Below are positions 29,551 through 38,809 of a stretch of DNA of 64,000 bases, piece by piece. The translations under genes were made by a program, and so were the position numbers. Every line of letters begins with the position of its first letter. Position 1 is the first letter of the stretch. The stretch comes from Minisyncoccota bacterium (GTDB lineage Bacteria; Patescibacteriota; Minisyncoccia; Phycocordibacterales; UBA9973), in the NCBI GenBank assembly GCA_035403785.1, contig DAONFW010000001.1, positions 21,595-85,594 of the forward strand, read 5' to 3'. The notes below the pieces were generated by a model. That model had not been told where the DNA came from and did not search any database. It was given only the letters and a program-made list of their open reading frames with translations.

Positions 29551-29955
29551 TTAATTAAATGCTAATTCCTGATTTCTAATAACTTGCTTGAGCGCATATC
29601 TGGCTGACAAGAAAAATATAAAAACAACCGCGCAAGAAAGCAGTATATTTGAAACTGGCAATGTCTCAGCAATAGAATAAACCAACTCTTTCCAAAAACC
29701 TGCCAAACCACTAACATTTGAAAATGCAAGCGACAAATATTCATAAAAACCAGACTGTGCAAACTGAGTTGCCAAATTCTTAAAAATAGGAAAAGCTCCA
29801 ACAAAAGCAACAAAACTTGTTATTGAAAATAAAGTAAGCTTAATTTTTGCAGCTTTCTTTTGACGTAAAACAATAGAACGCCAAATATCTTCAGATAAAT
29901 TTGGCTCTGCTTGATAACCGGCTTTTTTCATTATTTTTGCTAATTCATTTTCCAT
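29551..29955 (-). CDS. Membrane protein, possible anti-sigma factor partner of the ECF sigma
   Basis: It lies immediately downstream of the ECF sigma gene. It has a short cytoplasmic N-terminus and TM helices. Confidence 0.35.
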   Translation of the reverse strand: MENELAKIMKKAGYQAEPNLSEDIWRSIVLRQKKAAKIKLTLFSITSFVAFVGAFPIFKNLATQFAQSGFYEYLSLAFSNVSGLAGFWKELVYSIAETLPVSNILLSCAVVFIFFLSARYALKQVIRNQELAFN

Positions 29956-30006
29956 ATAATATATATACGGGAAAGAACTACTTTTTGGTGCAAAATTAAA
30001 AATTAA

Positions 30007-30603
30007 CTAAACTATCATTTTTCTTAATTCCAAAATAGCCCTTCTGTGATAACTTTTTACTGTATTTAAAGGCTTATCTAAAATTTTACTTATTTCATCA
30101 AAAGTCATTTCTTCTTGATAATGAAAAATCAAAACGGTCTTGTAGTGTGCTGGCAGTTTTTCTAAAAGTTCATTCAAATATTCTGCATCTTGAATTTTTT
30201 CTAGAAGTTTATCTGGTAGTAAATTTTCATCTTTGACTGTTTCAGAAAAATCTTCGAAACCTTCTTTTGTCTCAAGATCAGAAAATGAAATTATTTTCTT
30301 TTTTCTCAAAAAATCAAAACTTGTATTTTTTGCAATCGTAAAAATCCAAGTCTTGAAACTTGATTTCTTTTCATCAAATTTTCTTATGTTTTTCCAAACT
30401 TTTATAAAAACTTCTTGGAGAATATCAGAAGCATTTTCTTTGCCAACCAAATGTGCGACAAAATTAAAAAGAGGCTGGGAGTATCTGTCGATCAATTCTT
30501 TGAAAATTTCTCTATCTCCTTTTTTGTATAACAAAATTAAATTTTCATCTGAATCTAAATCTAAATCTTTCTGGTTTAAAGACATAATTAAAATATAGCA
30601 CAA
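30007..30603 (-). CDS. RNA polymerase sigma-70 factor, ECF subfamily
   Basis: Region 2 (FIKVWKNIRKFD...FKTWIFTIAKN). Region 4 HTH (MTFDEISKILDKPLNTVKSYHRRAILELR). Confidence 0.8.
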   Translation of the reverse strand: MCYILIMSLNQKDLDLDSDENLILLYKKGDREIFKELIDRYSQPLFNFVAHLVGKENASDILQEVFIKVWKNIRKFDEKKSSFKTWIFTIAKNTSFDFLRKKKIISFSDLETKEGFEDFSETVKDENLLPDKLLEKIQDAEYLNELLEKLPAHYKTVLIFHYQEEMTFDEISKILDKPLNTVKSYHRRAILELRKMIV

Positions 30604-30621
30604 AAAACTTCTGAAAAGTTT

Positions 30622-32106
30622 TTACTCGACTAAAACTTTGACATTAGTATTTTCGTTTTTTATTTTCAAAGTCAAAATAGTGAACGAACCTAGAAATACT
30701 ACAATACTCGAAACAATAAAGACAAAACTGTACGCGCTAATTTGCGCTTTCAAAATTATAAGTGCAACATATTTTTGAAAATCTACTAATGCTGTTCCAA
30801 AAAAATGACTAAATTGATTTATGCGCAAAACATTACTTTCGATTCGGTTATTTAGCAAAGTTCCAAAAAGAGCAATCCCGAAAGCTCCGGAAATACTTCT
30901 GGCAAGTGCAAGCACAGAGGAAGCAATTCCAATTTCTGTCGGTTTAACAACTGAAGCGATTATATTTGTACGTTGAGACATACCAAAGCCCATTCCCAAA
31001 GCCATCACGCAAAGTGGAATAATAACTTCAATTGAACTTGATTTTGGGTCCAAGAAAGAAAGCATGAACAAGCCAACTGAAGCGACAGCGGTACTTGCAA
31101 AGATTGCGTATTTCGCTTTTATTTTTCCAGCAAATTTACCTCCGATCGCCGCAGAAACAACCATTGTTATCGCCATTGGCATAAATAAATAACCTGCTTT
31201 TGTCGCATCGTAACCCAAAAATGTCTGCACGAAAACAGGCACCAAAAACATTGATCCCATCATTCCCATGAACACGATAAAGTTATTCGAAAGCGTATTT
31301 ACAAAAGCTGGAATCTTAAAGAAACTCAAATCCACAATCGGCTCTTCAGATCTTTTCTCAATTTTTACGAAAATACTAAAGAACATTAATACAATAAAAT
31401 AACAAACAAGACTTTGCGCTGACATCCAACCCCAACTAAAACCTTTTTCTAGAACAAGCATCAAAGATGAAAGAGTCACACCCAAAGTAATAGCGCCCCA
31501 CCAATCAAACTTTTTACTTTTTACTTCGGATCTTGATTCGTTAATAAATCTCAAAGCCATCAATGTTCCAATAATTCCGATCGGCAAGTTGATAAAGAAA
31601 ACGGATCGCCAACCAAAATTATCTATCAATGGACCCCCAACAAGCGGACCCAAAACAGATGCCGCCGCAAAAGATGTTGACCACAAACCAAGAGCTTGAG
31701 CTCGTTCTTTCCCCTCTCTGAACGTAACAGTAATAATCGCCATCGCCGTCGGATAATCAGCAGAGCCGGCAATTGCTTGAATAACTCTGAAAACGATCAT
31801 TGAACTAAAACTCCAAGAAAGTCCTGCAAGCACAGAACCGATAATAAAAATACCGAAGCCAAGAATATAAACTTTTTTTCTTCCAATCGTGTCACCCAAT
31901 TTTCCCCAGATAGGCACAAAAACCGCATTCGCTAAAATGTATGCTGTTGCAATCCATCCGGCAGTAGAAACTGATATACCGAAATCATTAATCATTTTTG
32001 GAAGAGCTAGATTAACAATCGTCTGGTCTAGCGAACCCAAAAAAGTTCCAATAATAACGGTTATCAGTATCCACCATCGCAGTTTGTTCTGCTTGGTTTC
32101 TTCCAT
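30622..32106 (-). CDS. MFS drug:H+ antiporter, 14-TMS (EmrB/QacA, DHA2 family)
   Basis: 494 aa, 14 predicted helices. Motif GKLGDTIGRKKV (motif A-like). Confidence 0.8.
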   Translation of the reverse strand: MEETKQNKLRWWILITVIIGTFLGSLDQTIVNLALPKMINDFGISVSTAGWIATAYILANAVFVPIWGKLGDTIGRKKVYILGFGIFIIGSVLAGLSWSFSSMIVFRVIQAIAGSADYPTAMAIITVTFREGKERAQALGLWSTSFAAASVLGPLVGGPLIDNFGWRSVFFINLPIGIIGTLMALRFINESRSEVKSKKFDWWGAITLGVTLSSLMLVLEKGFSWGWMSAQSLVCYFIVLMFFSIFVKIEKRSEEPIVDLSFFKIPAFVNTLSNNFIVFMGMMGSMFLVPVFVQTFLGYDATKAGYLFMPMAITMVVSAAIGGKFAGKIKAKYAIFASTAVASVGLFMLSFLDPKSSSIEVIIPLCVMALGMGFGMSQRTNIIASVVKPTEIGIASSVLALARSISGAFGIALFGTLLNNRIESNVLRINQFSHFFGTALVDFQKYVALIILKAQISAYSFVFIVSSIVVFLGSFTILTLKIKNENTNVKVLVE

Positions 32107-32111
32107 AGTTT

Positions 32112-32744
32112 TTATTTATTATAAACTTCTATTTTTGCTGACATTCCATTTTTAAATTCTGGATGAGCAGCTGTGTCATATTTTACTTTTACCGTAAATT
32201 CTTTTGTTTCTCTTTTATCTGAGATACTAAAAACAACACTAGAATCTTTTGAAGTAGCACTGATTTCATCTACATAGCCAACAAATTTCTTTCCACCAAA
32301 AGCGTCTACTGTGAAAGTTGCAGGATCACCAATAGCGATGTCAGCAAAACCGGCATCTTCTTTGATAGTTCCAACTATTCGCATTTCATTTGGGTCAATC
32401 ATTTTTACCACAGCTTGAGTAGGACTAAAAAGTTGCCCTGGCGTATTATTCACATCAATTACTAAGCCATCAATTTTTGCAGTCAAAACTTCTGCTCCAA
32501 CGTGAGCAAGTTGTTGTCCCGCTGTCACCGTGTCGCCAGTTTTAACATAGACTTCATCCAAAATTCCAGCACTTGTTGGACTAATAGTAATAACAGGTGC
32601 AGAAACTGTCCCGTTTTCAATACTTACAGTAGAAACTGCTGACTTAACAAACAAAATTACTGTAACTATTACTATCACTAGAAATATTCCAGTTAAACTT
32701 TGAACCCAAGGTTTTTTAAATATACTTTCTTTAGGATTTTCCAT
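32112..32744 (-). CDS. HlyD/EmrA-like periplasmic adaptor (short form)
   Basis: N-terminal TM. Biotin-lipoyl-like VKTGDTVTAGQQLAHV. Confidence 0.6.
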   Translation of the reverse strand: MENPKESIFKKPWVQSLTGIFLVIVIVTVILFVKSAVSTVSIENGTVSAPVITISPTSAGILDEVYVKTGDTVTAGQQLAHVGAEVLTAKIDGLVIDVNNTPGQLFSPTQAVVKMIDPNEMRIVGTIKEDAGFADIAIGDPATFTVDAFGGKKFVGYVDEISATSKDSSVVFSISDKRETKEFTVKVKYDTAAHPEFKNGMSAKIEVYNK

Positions 32745-32753
32745 AACTATTTA

Positions 32754-33734
32754 TTATTTTAAAGTAATACTGATAACAGGTTTATTAAGTGGCACCGACT
32801 GCCCCACTTTTAGATTTTCATCAACTGAAGTAATAACTCCGTTTCCTGGTGCAATAATTAAACTATTTTCGTAAACACCAAGCGCAGCTTCATAAGCACC
32901 ACGAGCCGCATTTATCTGGGCACGAGCAACGCTCATTTCTTCTGTTTCACTTCCAATATTTGTCGCAAGGTCAGAAAGAATTTTTTCTCTGTTTGCAACG
33001 GCCAGCTCATACGCATTTTTACTTGCCAAATATGTAGCGCTTTTTGTATTTGGAATTTCAATTTTCCAATTTATATTATCGTCAAAATAACCTTCTTTAT
33101 TTACCCACTTAATTTGCAGACCACAATTCCCAAGTGCTACAGCATTTTCATATTTTACAGAAGCGGTACCAGTTTCAAGACCAGAAAACTGAAAAGAATG
33201 TCCTGTGTCATTATCAGATGAACCATAAGGATTCAAGAAATAAGTTCCTTCTTTTCCACAAGTATAAGTTCCAGAAATTATTGGATAATTAGAAGTTTGT
33301 TTATCCGGAATAGCCTCAAGACCACTTGAAAGCAAAGTATTGTAAGCATTTTGAACCAACAAATCTTGCTGCTTTTTTGTCGTCTTATACTGAGAGTTTA
33401 GAGAAGCGTATTGTGCTTCAGCCAAATCCAAAGCTCCTTTTGCCTGGCTTACTGCTCCCTGCGCTTCTGGCGCAGATACTTTTGCTAAAATATCTCCTTT
33501 TTTGACTTCCTGTCCAACTTTTGCAAAAACTGCTTCCAGTCTTCCGCTTCTAGAAAAAGAAAGATCTACGTTTCCAGTTAATTTTTGCGGAATAATACTT
33601 TTATTTTCAATATTAATTTTTGGTGCTCTTCCAACATAATTCAAGCCGAACAAAATAACAGCTACTCCAAGAACTGCTACTATCGGAATTACTTTTTTAG
33701 GTTTTGATAAAACTTTTTTAATTTTTGTTTTCAT
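32754..33734 (-). CDS. HlyD/EmrA-like membrane fusion protein
   Basis: N-terminal TM, coiled coil, C-terminal beta-barrel (IIAPGNGVITSV). Confidence 0.6.
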   Translation of the reverse strand: MKTKIKKVLSKPKKVIPIVAVLGVAVILFGLNYVGRAPKINIENKSIIPQKLTGNVDLSFSRSGRLEAVFAKVGQEVKKGDILAKVSAPEAQGAVSQAKGALDLAEAQYASLNSQYKTTKKQQDLLVQNAYNTLLSSGLEAIPDKQTSNYPIISGTYTCGKEGTYFLNPYGSSDNDTGHSFQFSGLETGTASVKYENAVALGNCGLQIKWVNKEGYFDDNINWKIEIPNTKSATYLASKNAYELAVANREKILSDLATNIGSETEEMSVARAQINAARGAYEAALGVYENSLIIAPGNGVITSVDENLKVGQSVPLNKPVISITLK

Positions 33735-33753
33735 ATACTTATTTTTTATTTAA

Positions 33754-34176
33754 TTAATTTCGCACACATTTCATAAGGATTCTTGTTAAATCTTCTTTGT
33801 CTTTTTTTGAAAGTCCTTCAAGCGCTTTTTTGAAAAACAACATTTTTCTTTTATGAATAGAAGCAAATAATTTTTGCGCTTCTTTTCCCAATATCACATG
33901 CGTAGTCCTACGATCTCCATTCAACTGCACTCTTGATACTAATTTCTTTTTTTCCAAAGTATCTACAAGCGCGCTAGCCGACGGCGGAGTGATATTTAGT
34001 ACCGAAGCTACTTTTTTCATAGTAATAGAGCCACTCTTTAGAATATTAGTCAGCACTTCGAATTGCGAAAGCGGAATCTTTAATCTCTTTGCTTCTTCAA
34101 ACAAAGAATCCGTTATAGCCTGTCTAAACTCTAAAAGAAGCCCATCTAGGCTTGTTTTTTTAGTTTTTGTTTTCAT
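33754..34176 (-). CDS. MarR-family transcriptional regulator
   Basis: Winged HTH LSQFEVLTNILKSGSITMKKVASVLNITPPSASALVDTLEKKKLVSR. First gene of the efflux operon. Confidence 0.75.
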   Translation of the reverse strand: MKTKTKKTSLDGLLLEFRQAITDSLFEEAKRLKIPLSQFEVLTNILKSGSITMKKVASVLNITPPSASALVDTLEKKKLVSRVQLNGDRRTTHVILGKEAQKLFASIHKRKMLFFKKALEGLSKKDKEDLTRILMKCVRN

Positions 34177-34267
34177 ATTTAAAATTTAAAATATCTAATA
34201 GTTAGATAAACTAAATATTATCATAAAGTTATTTTTTGTGCAAATAGAATAATTATTGAATTTAAAA

Positions 34268-34462
34268 ATCTGGCGGTGTTTTTTGGACGAAGTTCGAACG
34301 TTTTTTGACGAAAATCCTGAAAACTAATTTGGACTCGGCGGGGCAAACTATTTTTCTGGGGGAATGGAATTGCCCCGCCTCGGCTTTCTTCCCGCCCGCA
34401 GGAGGGGTCTGGGGAGGAATGCGGGCGGGTTTTTGAACCTTTCCTTTTTCGCTTCCGAATTT
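34268..34462. repeat. Inverted repeat X2, left copy (about 195 bp, GC-rich), starting with a tggcgg core
   Basis: Perfect reverse complement of 36712..36906 read by eye. The sequence at 34463..34480 differs from its partner, but each version is itself an 18-bp palindrome. Confidence 0.85.
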
Positions 34463-34493
34463 CGTGCCAGTTGAAAACTGGCGCGCCACCTAT

Positions 34494-35477
34494 TTAACTA
34501 TTTTTTAAATCACTCATTATTTTTTTTGCCAAGTGATGAGCAAAATTTACTGCAACAGCATTTCCAATCATTTTATAACCGTCAGCAATATCACGATATT
34601 TGAAAATAAAATCATCGGGAAATGTTTGTATTCTTGCACACTCACGAACAGACAAACGGCGGTATAATTGTTCTTTTCCGGGAACAAAAATTCTTTTATT
34701 TTGTTCAATAAATTTCATTTTTGGTGCTTGTGGGTGAATTGGTGCGTGGCGACCACCAGCTTGAATTGTGAAAGAAGGCTCGTCCCAAGAACGGACACGA
34801 TTTCGCGACATATAAATCGTTGAGAAACCGCCATTCATATATTCATGGTTTGGAATTTTCAACTCGTCGCCGTTTGTCTTGTTTTTATCTTTAGCTGGTT
34901 TTGCTAAACGCAAATCAAAAATAGCGTCTTTCAAAACAGGTTTATATTTTTGTGGTTCTGGAAATTCAAATTTCTTTTTTAATTTTTTATGATAACCAAC
35001 AATAATAACGCGAAGCCTATCCTCTGGAACATCATAATCATTTGCGTTTAGAAGTTTGCAAGAAATTACATATCCGGCATTTTCAAATTCCTTGATTATA
35101 TTTGAAAATGCCTCTTTGTGTTTTGGGTGTAAAATCCCCGATACATTTTCTGCAAGAAAAAATTTTGGCTGTTTTTCTTTCAATAAACGAATGTAGTCAT
35201 AAAATAATTGACCTCGCTTGTCGTTTATTCCACGCCCAGCACCAGCCTCACTCCAACTTTGGCAAGGAGGTCCGCCAATAATTCCGTCAACATCGGGGAT
35301 TTCAGACGCTGGAACATCAACAATACTTCTCTTGTCTAATTTTGTTTTTGGAAAATTATACTCAAATGTTTCCCAAATTGTCGGGTCGTATTCATTCGCC
35401 CAAACGACATGAAAACCAGCTCTTTCAAAGCCTAAATCTAACCCACCCGCACCTGTAAATAAAGAAGCTAATTTCAT
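34494..35477 (-). CDS. dcm: DNA (cytosine-5)-methyltransferase
   Basis: Motif I LFTGAGGLDLGF. Motif IV GGPPCQSWS. Motif VI ENV. Motif X GNAVAVN. Confidence 0.9.
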   Translation of the reverse strand: MKLASLFTGAGGLDLGFERAGFHVVWANEYDPTIWETFEYNFPKTKLDKRSIVDVPASEIPDVDGIIGGPPCQSWSEAGAGRGINDKRGQLFYDYIRLLKEKQPKFFLAENVSGILHPKHKEAFSNIIKEFENAGYVISCKLLNANDYDVPEDRLRVIIVGYHKKLKKKFEFPEPQKYKPVLKDAIFDLRLAKPAKDKNKTNGDELKIPNHEYMNGGFSTIYMSRNRVRSWDEPSFTIQAGGRHAPIHPQAPKMKFIEQNKRIFVPGKEQLYRRLSVRECARIQTFPDDFIFKYRDIADGYKMIGNAVAVNFAHHLAKKIMSDLKNS

Positions 35478-35478
35478 A

Positions 35479-36327
35479 TTATTTTCTAAAACTCAATAAT
35501 TTCGCCTCAAGCAATTTTGCTGGATTATTTGGCGATTTTATTTTTATATCTTTAATTAAAAAGTTATCACTAACTAAACTTTCAAGATGTTTTCTGTCTT
35601 TTTCTGGAAAAGACAAATATTTTTCTTTCAGCAAAATTGCATTAACAAAAAATTCAGAATTTTGCTCTGCCGGAACAACATAATCAAAAACTTTTATAGG
35701 ATTTTCAATTCCCCACATTCCACGAATACGCAAATATGTTATTCCAAGAGGATCAACGCGATTTACTCTGCCGAGTTCGTTTGTTTCCGAAAATTCAACA
35801 TCTTGTAATTCATTAACACCTTTTGAAATTTTATCTCTTATTCTTTCGTAAACTTCTTTATTTGCGGAATAACAATTACCATAAACAAGCCACAAGGCTT
35901 TTAGCTTGTCATCTTTTGAAACTCCAACAACATAAACTAAATCTTTTTCCCGCCAATCCTCACAATTTTTGCAAGCAGTGGTTATCATCGGACTATCAGA
36001 AAATAGTTTGTCTTTAGGATACGAACTATTAAGTGCAATTCCCGAACGCAAACTTTCAATTTTCTTAACTTCTATCGCATCACCTTGCTTGATAATAATG
36101 TCTGGCGGATTATTTTGATTTCCAATATAAGAAAAATATTTGCTGTAAATTTCATTTTTCTTTTCAAGATTATTTTCATTTAGGGAATTGCAAAATAAGT
36201 CTTTGATATAAAATTCTAAAGCGTCGCCCATACTGTTTGCTCGGTTGGCAGCACGATAATGAGAAACCAAATTTGTAATTGGATTTTTGACTAAATTTGA
36301 TATTGCGATAAGTAAATTTGTTTCCAT
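35479..36327 (-). CDS. Type II restriction endonuclease (PD-(D/E)xK fold), cognate of the m5C MTase
   Basis: PPDIIIKQGDAIEVKK fits PD-x10-ExK. It is 1 bp upstream of dcm on the same strand. Confidence 0.55.
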   Translation of the reverse strand: METNLLIAISNLVKNPITNLVSHYRAANRANSMGDALEFYIKDLFCNSLNENNLEKKNEIYSKYFSYIGNQNNPPDIIIKQGDAIEVKKIESLRSGIALNSSYPKDKLFSDSPMITTACKNCEDWREKDLVYVVGVSKDDKLKALWLVYGNCYSANKEVYERIRDKISKGVNELQDVEFSETNELGRVNRVDPLGITYLRIRGMWGIENPIKVFDYVVPAEQNSEFFVNAILLKEKYLSFPEKDRKHLESLVSDNFLIKDIKIKSPNNPAKLLEAKLLSFRK

Positions 36328-36331
36328 AGTT

Positions 36332-36526
36332 TTATTTTATTAAATCCTCAATCGGCACATTAAGTGCCTTCGCGATTTTTTTAATTGTATCAATAGTTGG
36401 ATTTTGTTGTTTGCCTGCCTCGATATTGATTATCGTATTATTGGAAACATCAGCAAGACGGGCTAGTTTTTCTTGCGACAAACCCATTTTTTCTCTTATT
36501 CGTTTGATTTTGCTTGACTCTACCAT
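36332..36526 (-). CDS. Controller (C) protein, XRE-family HTH
   Basis: 64-aa HTH (LSQEKLARLADVSNNTIINIEAGK). It lies immediately upstream of the REase gene. Confidence 0.7.
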   Translation of the reverse strand: MVESSKIKRIREKMGLSQEKLARLADVSNNTIINIEAGKQQNPTIDTIKKIAKALNVPIEDLIK

Positions 36527-36556
36527 ATTAAAATAGTAATATTAAATTGTGGTATA

Positions 36557-36600
36557 ATAATTATATGCTTCAACAAAATAACCACAATATAATATTACCA
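36557..36600 (-). promoter_or_regulatory. Candidate C-box operator palindrome (TTGTGGT ... ACCACAA) upstream of the C-protein gene
   Basis: Seen in sequence: attgtggtataataattatatgcttcaacaaaataaccacaat. Confidence 0.4.
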
Positions 36601-36711
36601 AAATATTTCGACTTCGTAAAGAAAAAAGGGAGTTCCTTAGCGTTGCCCGCGAATGGGTTGGGTGGGTCAAGGGCAACATCTCTTTTGGTGGCGCATTTTG
36701 CTTTGCAAAAT

Positions 36712-36906
36712 ACGAAATTCGGAAGCGAAAAAGGAAAGGTTCAAAAACCCGCCCGCATTCCTCCCCAGACCCCTCCTGCGGGCGGGAAGAAAGCCGAGGC
36801 GGGGCAATTCCATTCCCCCAGAAAAATAGTTTGCCCCGCCGAGTCCAAATTAGTTTTCAGGATTTTCGTCAAAAAACGTTCGAACTTCGTCCAAAAAACA
36901 CCGCCA
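36712..36906. repeat. Inverted repeat X2, right copy, ending in the CCGCCA core (36901..36906)
   Basis: Reverse complement of 34268..34462. Confidence 0.85.
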
Positions 36907-37034
36907 AGTTTTACATTCAGCGAAATTGAAAGATGTTGCCTCGGCGCAAAGCGCCTCGGCATGGTATTTTTCCGCAATTTTGAAGGCATTTTTGAAATCC
37001 AAAACCAAAGTGCGGTCGGCAATGCGGAAGTTCG
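36901..37034. repeat. Inverted repeat Y2, copy A (about 133 bp)
   Basis: Perfect reverse complement of 38518..38650 read by eye. It contains the ggcgc-aaa-gcgcc hairpin. Confidence 0.85.
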
Positions 37035-37148
37035 CCGTGCAAAGCACGGGCAAAATGAAATTTTGCAAACCAATCTTTTTTCTTTCGCTTTCGGCGAAAG
37101 GTTGAGCGTATTTTTCTTTGATTGCCCAAAAACTAATTTCAAAACAAT

Positions 37149-38702
37149 ATGGACAACATAAATTTACAAACCAAAAAGATTTTTCTCTATGCCCGTAAAT
37201 CCACGGACGAACCCGAAAGGCAGGTTTTGAGTATTGAGGCGCAAATGTTTGAATTGCGGGAATTTGCGAAAAAAGAAGGACTAAATATCGTCCGTGAATT
37301 TGTGGAAAGCAAAACCGCCAAAGAGCCGGGGCGTGAGATTTTTAACGAAATGATCACAAGCATAGAGAAAAATGAAGCAGAGGGAATTTTAGCGTGGCAC
37401 CCCGACCGCCTCGCTCGAAATAGCATAGACGGCGGACGAATAATCTATTTCGTAGATACTGGCAAAATTACCACGCTAAAATTTCCAACTTTTTGGTTTG
37501 ATCCGACACCGCAGGGAAAATTTATGTTGAGTATCGCTTTTGGGCAATCAAAATATTATGTGGATAATCTTTCGGAAAATATAAAGAGGGGTATTCGCCA
37601 GAAATTGCGAAATGGAATATGGCCCGCTTGGGCGCCACTTGGGTATGTGAACGACAAGAACGCCCGCTGTATTGCCGTGGACAAGGAAAAGGCAAAGTAT
37701 ATCAAGCGGGCTTTTGAAATGTACGCGACTGGCGAATACCCCCTCGCTCAAATCCGAAAGATTATCAATTCCTTGGGCTTGGTTGGCAAGAAAGGCAAAA
37801 TGCTTTCCGTCTCAAATTATCAGTATATGCTGAAAAATAAAATCTATTACGGAATGATTGAATATAACGGCGAATTGTATGACGGAAAGCACGAACCGAT
37901 TATCACAAAGAGACTTTTTGATTTATGCCAAGAAGTGATGATGAATAAGTCAAAACCGAAAACACCAAAACTCAAGCCATACATTTTTAGAGGATTTTTC
38001 CGTTGTGGGGAGTGCGGTTGTTTCATTACCACCGAAACGCAAAAAGGTCATAACTATTTGCGATGTACGAAACGGAAAAATCCTTGTTCGCAAAGGTATG
38101 TAAGAGAGGACGCCATCACTTCTCAAATTAAAGAGGAAATCAAAAAAGTTTCTTTGTCTTCCGCTTGGGCAAACGCTTCAATCAATTATTTTGAAAATGA
38201 AAAAATGAAACTTGCCCAAGCGGAAAGCTCTTTCGCCCAAGAAGCGAGAAATGAGCTTGTAGAGATAGAAACAAAACTTGATCGTTTGCTTGATTTACAA
38301 CTGGACGGCAGTTTGTCGCAAGCAGAATATACCGCTAAAAAGCACAAGCTCATTCTCGCCAAAAAGGATTTGGAAGAAAAAATCACTGCTTTTGGGCGAA
38401 AGAGCAATAATCGGTTCGAACTTACCATTGCCTTTCTAAAAGACGCCAACCAAGCCGAAAAATACGCTCAACAAGAAAATCCCGAAAGGATTCGGGATTT
38501 TCTCAAAAAGATTGGTTCGAACTTCCGCATTGCCGACCGCACTTTGGTTTTGGATTTCAAAAATGCCTTCAAAATTGCGGAAAAATACCATGCCGAGGCG
38601 CTTTGCGCCGAGGCAACATCTTTCAATTTCGCTGAATGTAAAACTTGGCGGAGACGGCGGGATTCGAACCCGCGATGGGTTTTGAAGCCCATGCCTCTTT
38701 AG
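37149..38702 (+). CDS. Large serine recombinase (paralog of 5132..6730)
   Basis: YARKSTDEPERQ catalytic motif. Zinc ribbon FRCGECGCFITT...LRCTKRKNPCSQ. The C-terminal tail is encoded by repeat Y2 copy B and then antisense tRNA-Ser, giving WRRRRDSNPR as in the paralog. Confidence 0.85.
   Translation: MDNINLQTKKIFLYARKSTDEPERQVLSIEAQMFELREFAKKEGLNIVREFVESKTAKEPGREIFNEMITSIEKNEAEGILAWHPDRLARNSIDGGRIIYFVDTGKITTLKFPTFWFDPTPQGKFMLSIAFGQSKYYVDNLSENIKRGIRQKLRNGIWPAWAPLGYVNDKNARCIAVDKEKAKYIKRAFEMYATGEYPLAQIRKIINSLGLVGKKGKMLSVSNYQYMLKNKIYYGMIEYNGELYDGKHEPIITKRLFDLCQEVMMNKSKPKTPKLKPYIFRGFFRCGECGCFITTETQKGHNYLRCTKRKNPCSQRYVREDAITSQIKEEIKKVSLSSAWANASINYFENEKMKLAQAESSFAQEARNELVEIETKLDRLLDLQLDGSLSQAEYTAKKHKLILAKKDLEEKITAFGRKSNNRFELTIAFLKDANQAEKYAQQENPERIRDFLKKIGSNFRIADRTLVLDFKNAFKIAEKYHAEALCAEATSFNFAECKTWRRRRDSNPRWVLKPMPL
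38518..38650. repeat. Inverted repeat Y2, copy B, abutting the tRNA-Ser 3' end
   Basis: Reverse complement of 36901..37034. Confidence 0.85.
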
Positions 38703-38737
38703 CAAAGAGGTACGTTAGACCACTCTGACACGTCTCC
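38646..38737 (-). tRNA. tRNA-Ser (anticodon GCU), class II
   Basis: Reverse complement reads GGAGACG...; anticodon loop CCTCT-TTGCTAA-AGAGG; long variable arm; GGTTCGAATCC T-loop; CCA is encoded. Confidence 0.85.
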
Positions 38738-38809
38738 TTGAACTTTACTCTAACATATTTTCATTATTTTTCCATTTATGCTATATTGACTTTATATTTA
38801 AACAAAAAC

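Noticed and set aside
32112-33734. Possibility that the two HlyD-like ORFs are one frameshifted emrA gene
   Set aside because: Each ORF has its own N-terminal TM anchor, its own start with a plausible RBS, and a complete beta-barrel or lipoyl segment. They are kept as two adaptor genes, although a pseudogene split cannot be excluded without alignment.
34262-34489. 75-aa ORF (MARQFSTGTKFGSEKGKVQKPARIPPQTPPAGGKK...) and its duplicate inside the 204-aa ORF at 36547..37161
   Set aside because: Both lie entirely within the GC-rich X2 inverted repeat, and the same peptide appears because the DNA is repeated. They are Pro/Gly/Arg-rich low-complexity translations of GC-rich DNA, so they are not treated as genes.
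36850-37142. Minus-strand ORFs (72, 70 and 133 aa) upstream of the second recombinase
   Set aside because: They are mirror translations of repeat Y2 copy A. The same amino acid string occurs as the tail of the recombinase ORF on the other copy.
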